Assembly (NCBI GenBank): GCA_016185345.1
Contig: JACPNS010000005.1
Location: 34,117 to 98,116 of the forward strand
Reading direction: 5' to 3'
Source of the DNA: Solirubrobacterales bacterium
GTDB lineage: Bacteria; Actinomycetota; Thermoleophilia; Solirubrobacterales; JACPNS01
DNA length: 64,000 nt
The translations under genes and the position numbers were made by a program. Below, piece after piece: positions 38,693 to 45,414 of this stretch (position 1 is the stretch's first letter; each line of letters starts with the position of its first letter). The notes beneath the pieces are model-generated. The model did not search any database. It saw only the letters and a program-made list of their open reading frames with translations, and had not been told where the DNA came from.

Positions 38693-40284
38693 CCAAGCAC
38701 CAGGACCCGAACTGAAGAACTTGACTTGCTCGGCCATGGCCAGTCCGGCTTGGAGCGAACTATCGCGCGGAAGGTGAAGAGCGTCGGGCGCGTCACGCGC
38801 TTGAAGCGGTACTTCCACTTGTAGCTGCCGCTCTTGCCGGCGCGAACTTCTGCGACCTTCGCCCACTTCTTGCCGTTGAGCACCTGGATCTCGACTGGGG
38901 CTCCCGCGGCGGCTCCGGCCGTTCCACTGAGCCGTCCTGAGATCGCGAATACCTTGCCCCGGCTGAGAGTTCCGCGCGAGCGCCTGGCGGAGAGGGTCAG
39001 TCGCTGGCGAACGATCGTGGATGCGAAGGCGGTGCCACGGAACGAAAAGGTGACTCTGCGCGCACCATTCGGTCGCACCTTGAAGGAGAAGCTGCCGTCC
39101 TTTGCCGTCTTCGCAGACCCCAGTGGCTTGGTCGCAGCGCCCGACACGCCAAGGCTCGAAGCCGTCACCGTGAGCGTCTCGCCCGCAATCGCTGCGCCCG
39201 AAGAGCTCTTCAGTGCGCCGCGAACCAGAACTGTGCGGCCGGCCTTCCCGTCGATCAAGCCCTTGCGCACCGAGAGGATCGCGCCGGTGAGGATCGGAGA
39301 ACCGTTGGCATCGACGCCAGCGACTCCCGGAACGGTGAACGAAACTGGTGCCGATGTGCCGACGTTTCCGGCTGCGTCGGTCGCCGAGATGACCGCGGTG
39401 TGCGTGCCGGCTGCGTAGTCAGCGAGGTCGATCGTGTAGCTGGGATCCCGGTCCTGCGGACACGGAACGGGATTGCGGAAGACCGTGCTGCAGGAACCGC
39501 CGGAGATCGAAAGGGCTTTGCGCACGCCGTCGATCTGAAGTGAGTAGCTGCTGACGCCTCCGCCGACGTCAACGATCTGAGCGGCGAGCGTGCGCTCACC
39601 GCTGACGCCGTTCGCACCCGGCAGTGTGCCGCCGGTGAACGTGATCGCAGGAGCCGAATTGTCAGTGATGTCCACGCGAGATTCGAGCAACGACGCGCGA
39701 AGCGTGCCGATCCCGGCGCCGGCGCAGCTGGTCGTGCTCTGGGCGCATTCGATTCCAAGCTGAAGTCCGCTCGCCGCGATTCCCACCGACTGCGTACCCG
39801 AGGCAGCGATGCTGCAGTTGGCGGTGACCGCTTCGCACTCGCCCCAGTATGTGTCTGTTCCCGAAGTGGTCCGCTGGAGGCCCGCGCTGAGCGTCGGTCG
39901 AGCGGATCCCGCGTACGTCACGTTGACCGAGCGTCGGATCAGATATCCAGAGATCTTCGTTCCGGGTGGAGCCGCAAATGCGAAGCCCGCCTCTTCGCCA
40001 GCCGCCAATGTCGTGCCGGGAGCTACGACTACAGAAAGATCGGGGCAAGTTGTTCCGAATGTGAATGCAGAGCTGGGAGTGGTCACCGACCGACGCGGAT
40101 TCCACGCGTTGTTGGGCAACGACTCACCGGAAGGTCCGACGCAGCTGTAGACGCTGTAGGTGCCCGCCGCTGCCGAACTCGTGAGCACAGCGAAGGCAAC
40201 TACGGCAGCGAGCAGCGTCGCGAGCCATGCGGCTACGCGCCGACGATCCAAGGCTGATTGCCGTGCGTCGATCACCGAGTTCAC
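38689..40284 (-). CDS. secreted multidomain protein, partner of the fused sigma (locus A)
   Basis: 531-aa track ORF. Signal-like 'RRRVAAWLATLLAAVVAFAVLTSSAAA'. Paired cysteines, an Ig-like segment ('TAVISATDAAGNVGTSAPVSFTV'), and a CarboxypepD_reg-like segment ('GETLTVTAS...DGSFSFKVRP'). The likely true start is the GTG at 40275, 8 nt after AAGGAG. Confidence 0.7.
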   Translation of the reverse strand: MNSVIDARQSALDRRRVAAWLATLLAAVVAFAVLTSSAAAGTYSVYSCVGPSGESLPNNAWNPRRSVTTPSSAFTFGTTCPDLSVVVAPGTTLAAGEEAGFAFAAPPGTKISGYLIRRSVNVTYAGSARPTLSAGLQRTTSGTDTYWGECEAVTANCSIAASGTQSVGIAASGLQLGIECAQSTTSCAGAGIGTLRASLLESRVDITDNSAPAITFTGGTLPGANGVSGERTLAAQIVDVGGGVSSYSLQIDGVRKALSISGGSCSTVFRNPVPCPQDRDPSYTIDLADYAAGTHTAVISATDAAGNVGTSAPVSFTVPGVAGVDANGSPILTGAILSVRKGLIDGKAGRTVLVRGALKSSSGAAIAGETLTVTASSLGVSGAATKPLGSAKTAKDGSFSFKVRPNGARRVTFSFRGTAFASTIVRQRLTLSARRSRGTLSRGKVFAISGRLSGTAGAAAGAPVEIQVLNGKKWAKVAEVRAGKSGSYKWKYRFKRVTRPTLFTFRAIVRSKPDWPWPSKSSSSVRVLVLG

Positions 40285-40366
40285 TCCTTGAACGCGCGGA
40301 CCTGGCCGAGTGCCGTGTACCGCGATAAGGGGAAGTTAACCCACCAAGCGATACAAAGCAAGCTAA

Positions 40367-41599
40367 TTACTGCAAATCGAACTCAGCGCCGCCGTCTTCA
40401 GACGGGTTGCTCGGCGTGGCCTGGGGCTGGGCGGGCTGCGGATCCACGGGCTGCGCGGCCTGGGGTTGAGTCTGTTGCGGGGCTGGCTGCTGCGCCTCGG
40501 CCTTGGCCTCTGCCTCGGCGGCGGCCTTCCTTCTTGCGGCAGACCTGCGCGTTGCTGCGCGTTCAGCAGCCGCTTCCTTTGCCGCCTCGGCCTTCGCGGC
40601 GTCGGCCTCTGCGGTGGCTGCCGTATTCGCGTTCTGGCTTGCTGGCCTCGGTGCCGCAGCGTCATCGGCTCCGGAAAGTTGGTTCGCCGCGACAACTCCG
40701 CCGGCGGCGACGGCAGCGATCGCCGCAACCACGGCAGCGATCTGCGCAGCTCCTCCGATACCGGCGCCAGTGCCAGCTGCGGCTGCGGCTCCAGCTGAAG
40801 ATCCTCCTGCCGTGCTGGACCCGGCAGCAGCAGCGCCCGCCGCGCCCGCTCCAACGGCAGCGCCCGTAAGCGCAAACAACATCAACGCGCTCGGGATCGT
40901 TACCGCGGTGAGTCCGCGCGTGCCCATCACGTGGCGGCGGCAGCCCGGGCAGTCTTCAAGATGGTCGATCGCCTCGCGGTAGTCGGAGCCTTCGGGGTCG
41001 AGCGCGCCGAGCGCAAACTGGTTGATCAGCACGGCGCGATCCTCGCACCAGTTGCCTTCCTTGATCGAGGCGAGCACCGGACGCATCTTGCGCGACACCT
41101 CGTCCATGATTTTTTCCATGCGCTTGGGCCGCACGCCAACCTGCTCGGCGGCCTCGGGTCGCGACATGCCGTAGACGTAACAAAGCGTGGCCGCCTGGAG
41201 CTCGCGTTGGTTGAGCTCTGAGCGCATGCCCTCGACGAAGTGCTTGAACTCCTGCTGCTGGTCGATCGTCTCCTCGATCGGGTTGTCGACACCGAGCGTT
41301 TCAAGCACGACGGGATCGGCCTGACGATCGGGGTGCAGCGTGCGGTACTCGTCGATCGCACGGCGATAGGTCATCTGGATCAGCAGACCCTTGCGATTCT
41401 CGATCTGCTGGCCGTCCTGAAGCTTCGTGTACAGCCCGAACCAAGCCTGGTTGTAGAAGCCATCCATGTCGAGTTCCGCGAAGCGGATTTTCGAGGCACC
41501 GAGCTTTCCGGCTGCCGTGCGCGTGACCTCGTCCTTGAACGCGTCGTATTCGGCGCCGATCACTTCGTCGGCGTTGACGGTGACCGGGGGGCTACTCAT
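40367..41599 (-). CDS. fused ECF-type sigma factor / ZAS anti-sigma domain / TM / low-complexity tail (locus B)
   Basis: 410 aa from 'MSSPPVTV'. Collinear with the locus A protein: 'FYNQAWFGLY', 'LNQRELQAATLCYVYGMSRPEAAEQVGV', C185...H213-LED-C217-PG-C220. Has a Gly/Ala-rich hydrophobic region and an Ala/Glu/Lys-rich, then Pro/Gln-rich tail. Confidence 0.7.
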   Translation of the reverse strand: MSSPPVTVNADEVIGAEYDAFKDEVTRTAAGKLGASKIRFAELDMDGFYNQAWFGLYTKLQDGQQIENRKGLLIQMTYRRAIDEYRTLHPDRQADPVVLETLGVDNPIEETIDQQQEFKHFVEGMRSELNQRELQAATLCYVYGMSRPEAAEQVGVRPKRMEKIMDEVSRKMRPVLASIKEGNWCEDRAVLINQFALGALDPEGSDYREAIDHLEDCPGCRRHVMGTRGLTAVTIPSALMLFALTGAAVGAGAAGAAAAGSSTAGGSSAGAAAAAGTGAGIGGAAQIAAVVAAIAAVAAGGVVAANQLSGADDAAAPRPASQNANTAATAEADAAKAEAAKEAAAERAATRRSAARRKAAAEAEAKAEAQQPAPQQTQPQAAQPVDPQPAQPQATPSNPSEDGGAEFDLQ

Positions 41600-42155
41600 G
41601 TTGAGAGCTGTCGGCAATCATGAACAATGCGACACTCGCGCCGAGCGCGTTGGCAACGTGGCCCGGGACGCCCATCCGATCGGCGGGTGCGCAGGCCAGC
41701 GCCGCGAATATGCTCGAGCTGACGCGACGCGCAAGCGCCACGCTCTCACCGCCGGCGCGCAGGCCGGTGAACATCGGATCGCGGTCATCGCTCATGACAA
41801 GTTCCGTCTCGTCGAGTGCACCGGCGATCCAGACCTCTGAGTCGTAGCCGGTGTCCCGTGCGTGCACCTCGAGTGCGCGTGCCGCAAGCCGCGCAACTCC
41901 CGCTGCCGCATCACGAAGCATCTGCGCGTGCTCGTACGTGTCGGGGGCAGCCTCGAATATCTGGGCGATCATCGCCGCGTCTACCGAAGCGTCGCCCGCA
42001 AGGCACAGGAGGTCCTGGGTCGAGCAAGTCTGCTCAATCTCGTGGGTCTGACCGGTGAAGTTACCTCCCACGGCGATCGCAGTGCCGTGCGCACGCGCGA
42101 TTGAATCGCGGCCGCGTTCGCCGAGCTCGACCAGAGCGCGCTCAAACGGAGTCAT
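41592..42155 (-). CDS. hypothetical acidic cytoplasmic protein, present only in locus B
   Basis: 187 aa with no family recognised. The ATG overlaps the upstream stop (ATGA at 42152-42155). Its stop lies 2 nt before the sigma-fusion start. Confidence 0.5.
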   Translation of the reverse strand: MTPFERALVELGERGRDSIARAHGTAIAVGGNFTGQTHEIEQTCSTQDLLCLAGDASVDAAMIAQIFEAAPDTYEHAQMLRDAAAGVARLAARALEVHARDTGYDSEVWIAGALDETELVMSDDRDPMFTGLRAGGESVALARRVSSSIFAALACAPADRMGVPGHVANALGASVALFMIADSSQHE

Positions 42156-43786
42156 CGCGCCACCAGCACCTTCACGCGCTTACTGGTCTCGGTCGGCCAG
42201 GGCCACGTCGTGTTACGACGGACGATCGTGCGGAACGTGAAACGCGTTGGCTGCCGCACGCGCGTGAAGCGGTAGCGCCATTTGTAGCTGCCGCGCGAGT
42301 TGGCCTCCACAACGCCGACCGCGCGCCAGGTCTTGTCGATCAATGCATCGATCTCGACAGGGGTGTCGTCTGCCGCCGAGCCGGCACCGTCGAGCTTGCC
42401 GCTCAGAGTGAGCAGACCGCCGGGCTTTATGCGCGACTTCGAACGCTTGACCGAAAGAGTGAGATCCTCGCGCACGATCGTCGAGGTCACAGCGGTTCCG
42501 AGGGACGCCGGAAATGGCTTGAAGAGAACGCTGATGCGGCGGGCGCCATCAGGCTTGACTCTGAATGAGAAGCGTCCGGCCGCCGTCGTGGTGGTCGTGC
42601 CGATCGACTTTGGAGCGGCGTTGAAAACGCCGAGGTCAAGCGCAGTGACATCGAGCAGCGCGCCAGCCACGGGAACTCCATCCGCAGTGGTGAGCGTCCC
42701 TTCAACGAGCACGCCCTTCCCGGTCCTTGACGAGATCACAGACTTCTCGCTTTTGACGATTGGTTGCTCAACCGCCGGGGAACCGTTGCTCGGCGGCGTG
42801 CCGCCTCCGCCTCTGCCGCCGTTCTGGCCGCCAGCGGTCACGACGAACGTGAAGCTGTAAGGCGCGCTGGTGTTGCCAGCCGCGTCGATCGCGGTCAGCG
42901 TCGCGGTGTGCATGCCATCTGTGAGGGCAGCAGTATTGACGCTGAGCGTGCGCTCGAGGCCCGAGGGGCAAGGCGCGCGCAACGTGTACGGCTGGCCGCA
43001 GCTGCCACCGGCGCCGCTGGCCTGCGTGAAGTTCCCGTCGATCGCAAGGTTGATCATTCGCACGCCGCCACCAACGTCAGTGCCGATCACATCAAGCGTT
43101 CGGAAGCCCGCAACCGCGCTTGAGCCGGGCAGCGCGCCGCCGACGGTGTTGATCACGGGGGCATTCGGATCCTCGACGTCCACGCGCGCGTCGATCAGGC
43201 GTGAAGAAAGTTTTGTGAACGAGCCTGCCGGGCAGTTGCCCGTCTCGGCTGCGCAGCGCACGCCGATGCTCAATCTGTCGATCGCGAGGCCGCCCGTCGA
43301 CGCGACCGAGGGGGTCACCTCGCAGGCGCTGGTCACTGCGACGCAATCGAACTCTGTCCTTGCGGAACCAGTTGACTCCTGGATGCCAGCAGACAGTTGC
43401 GTTCGCCCGCCCGTCGGGGAGGGGTAGGTGATCGACGCCGCGCGATTGACCGCGTAGCCGCTGATCGTGGTGCCGGTCGGCGCGTCGAACACGTACGCGG
43501 CGCCGTCGTTCTGACTGAATGAATCGGCGGGATCGGCGATCACGCTCAGATCGCCGCAGTTGCTGCCAAACGAAAACGAGAGCGTCTGGCTGGGCGTGTT
43601 CACCGAGGTAAGCCAGGACGAGTTCGGCAGCGGCGCGTCATTGGGACCAAGGCATGAGTAGACGCTGTAGGTCGCCGCGCCAGCTGATGTTGCACCGGCG
43701 AGTCCAAGCGCGCAGACGAACAACACGGCACTGAAAAAAGCTCGTGCCGTGAAATTCCTGCTGTGCGATCGGTTCATGATCAGCAT
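42152..43786 (-). CDS. secreted multidomain protein, partner of the fused sigma (locus B)
   Basis: Trimmed to 'MLIMNRSHSRNFTARAFFSAVLFVCALGLAGATSAGA'. Collinear paralog of 38689-40284. Shared blocks: TYSVYSC, RVD[IV].D..AP, GGSC....PCP, FRVKP[ND]GARR, GSYKW[KR]YRF, FTFR.IVR, WPWP. Confidence 0.7.
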   Translation of the reverse strand: MLIMNRSHSRNFTARAFFSAVLFVCALGLAGATSAGAATYSVYSCLGPNDAPLPNSSWLTSVNTPSQTLSFSFGSNCGDLSVIADPADSFSQNDGAAYVFDAPTGTTISGYAVNRAASITYPSPTGGRTQLSAGIQESTGSARTEFDCVAVTSACEVTPSVASTGGLAIDRLSIGVRCAAETGNCPAGSFTKLSSRLIDARVDVEDPNAPVINTVGGALPGSSAVAGFRTLDVIGTDVGGGVRMINLAIDGNFTQASGAGGSCGQPYTLRAPCPSGLERTLSVNTAALTDGMHTATLTAIDAAGNTSAPYSFTFVVTAGGQNGGRGGGGTPPSNGSPAVEQPIVKSEKSVISSRTGKGVLVEGTLTTADGVPVAGALLDVTALDLGVFNAAPKSIGTTTTTAAGRFSFRVKPDGARRISVLFKPFPASLGTAVTSTIVREDLTLSVKRSKSRIKPGGLLTLSGKLDGAGSAADDTPVEIDALIDKTWRAVGVVEANSRGSYKWRYRFTRVRQPTRFTFRTIVRRNTTWPWPTETSKRVKVLVAR

Positions 43787-44287
43787 CGTGTGACTTTCAA
43801 ACACCCGCGAGCGGGATTCGGTGTGCAACGAGAAAACTAACTGCCAGCCGTCACCGGAGACTGCACCCGCGAAATCGCGACAATACCGCGAGTGTTGAGT
43901 GTCCCGGTTGACGGCTGGCAGACGCGTCCCCATGGCGCAGGTGCGCAAACGCTCTGACCGAAGAGGTCGCGATCATCCATGATCAAGCGCTCGCGCGTAG
44001 AACAAAGGTGGCTCTGGCGAAGTCTGCCTGAATTCACCGAGCCCGTCAACGCCGAAAGCTGCGCCGGAGCCCCCCGGCGCATGAATGACGTGTTCTCCCG
44101 TGCCACGTTGCGAACGGAACATCCAACCGACCCAGGGGGGTAACGATTTGGGTCGGCCTCCGCATACGCAGTTGCATGTCTGAAGCTCCGCTCCAGAGAG
44201 TTGCTGTGAACATCATGTTTCACACTTATACGTCGGGGGCAGCGCCGTTTCGCCCCCCCTTTGGTCAGCCACCAACCCCACGCAAAT

Positions 44288-44525
44288 TGCACACCTCTGG
44301 TGCGCAACGGTACTTTGGATGCTTTGGACCGCATGGTTGAGCGATTTATTTTGCGCACCTCTGGTGAGCAACGGCGGATCGCCGCCGGCTATGCGCGCGT
44401 AGCTCTGCGAGGGCGGTCGTGAAAACCCCGGTCGCGATTCACTGCACACCAGAGGTGCGCCGTGGCGGACCCCATATATAAGCCATAGTTCGCCCCAAAA
44501 TCCCCTTGCACACCAAAGGTGCGCA
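44288..44525. repeat. four copies of a 19-bp palindrome TGC[AG]CACC-NNN-GGTG[CA]GC[AC]
   Basis: Copies at 44288-44306, 44352-44370, 44443-44461 and 44507-44525. Centre-to-centre spacing is 64, 91 and 64 bp. Copies 1 and 2 have a TCT core; copies 3 and 4 have AGA and AAA cores (opposite orientation). All lie in non-coding DNA. Confidence 0.75.
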
Positions 44526-44539
44526 GCTTGGTGCGGGAT

Positions 44540-45352
44540 CTAACGGTTTCTGCGCCGGCCGGAGGACTTCTTCTCTTTGGGTTCTTTCTCCGGCTTCTTG
44601 GTGCCGTTGAGCCTGAGGTCTTCCTTGGCGATGCGCTGCAGGATCTTTCCGAAGGCCTCTTCGGCGGCCGTGTCCATGTTCACGCGGAACGACGCCATCA
44701 CCGTCTCGGTGGCGAGTGGTCGCAGGCCCTCGATCGCCTCTACGACTTTCGGGAAGCTCTCCGGCGGAAGCCCTGCCTTCTCCTGCGGTCGCACAACGCC
44801 CGTGTCAACCATCTTCGTGAAGACTTCGGCGATCGCTCGCGTGTGGTCGTTGACCTTCTTGAAGACGTCAAAGAGCGTGTCCACGGGAACGCCCAGCTCC
44901 AGCGCGCTGATTCCGGCGCGCAGCAACGTGGGGCTGAGCACCTCGTAGCGATCATCGCCGAGCGGGATGATGAACCCCAGGTCGATCGCCTGCTTGATCA
45001 TTCGCGAGTCGATCTCGCCGACCTGATCTGCGATCTCCTTCAAGGTCATGACTTCGGAGGGCTCTTCTGCAAACGGCGTGAGCACAAGGTTGCGCAGGTC
45101 GCCGATGTTGTCGCCGGTTTCCTCGGCGCGCTCGACCAGGCGTTGAATTGCCGTCAGGTTGAAACCACCCGCCTGCAGCTGCTGAATGAGTTCGAGCCGG
45201 GCTATATGGCGGTCGCCGTAATAGCCGATGCGCCCTTGGACGTCTGGGGCGGGGAGCAAGCCGCGGGACTGGTGGGCGCGGATGTTGCGCACCGTCATCC
45301 CGGTCTGCTGAGCGAGTTCGTCGATCGTGAGTTGGTCTTTGGTCTCAACCAT
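44540..45352 (-). CDS. MerR-family transcriptional regulator with long C-terminal domain
   Basis: Trimmed to 'MVETKDQLTIDELAQQTGMTVRNIRAHQSRGLLPAP'. 270 aa with a Lys-rich tail. Confidence 0.8.
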   Translation of the reverse strand: MVETKDQLTIDELAQQTGMTVRNIRAHQSRGLLPAPDVQGRIGYYGDRHIARLELIQQLQAGGFNLTAIQRLVERAEETGDNIGDLRNLVLTPFAEEPSEVMTLKEIADQVGEIDSRMIKQAIDLGFIIPLGDDRYEVLSPTLLRAGISALELGVPVDTLFDVFKKVNDHTRAIAEVFTKMVDTGVVRPQEKAGLPPESFPKVVEAIEGLRPLATETVMASFRVNMDTAAEEAFGKILQRIAKEDLRLNGTKKPEKEPKEKKSSGRRRNR

Positions 45353-45380
45353 TGACACGAATCCTATATTCAAGACAGAC

Positions 45381-45408
45381 TTGCATGAAACATGATTCCA
45401 TGTAACAT
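45381..45408 (+). promoter_or_regulatory. candidate promoter giving a leaderless mRNA for the 45415 gene
   Basis: TTGCAT (45381-45386), 16 nt, then TAACAT (45403-45408). The ATG lies 7 nt after the -10. ACATG-ATTC-CATGT dyad sits within the spacer. The region is AT-rich and divergent from the MerR gene. Confidence 0.4.
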
Positions 45409-45414
45409 AGCCAC

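Noticed and set aside
44061-44157. C-rich and G-rich loop hairpins considered as a 6C-type actinobacterial sRNA.
   Set aside because: The C-rich loops fall on opposite strands for the two hairpins, and no terminator follows. This does not match the two-hairpin 6C layout as I recall it.
44205-44224. TGTGAA-N8-TTCACA dyad resembling a CRP/FNR-family site.
   Set aside because: The arm spacing (TGTGA-N10-TCACA) does not fit the TGTGA-N6-TCACA consensus. No CRP-family gene is nearby.
43837-44358. 173-aa minus-strand ORF in the region upstream of locus B.
   Set aside because: Many codons end in A or T (AAA, ATA, AAT, GTA…) in a genome with strongly G/C-biased third positions. The product is Arg/Trp-rich with no motifs. 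The ORF runs through the palindrome repeats. It was treated as non-coding.
44519-45355. 278-aa plus-strand ORF opposite the MerR gene. Similar cases are 45370-46218(-), 56014-57117(+), 57938-58660(+), 61700-62554(+), 61867-62805(+) and 62738-63982(+).
   Set aside because: They are antisense or out of frame relative to well-supported genes: MerR, the membrane protein, MMPL, the Zn peptidase, ppx/ppk and the FAD oxidoreductase. Their sequences are Arg-rich and repetitive.
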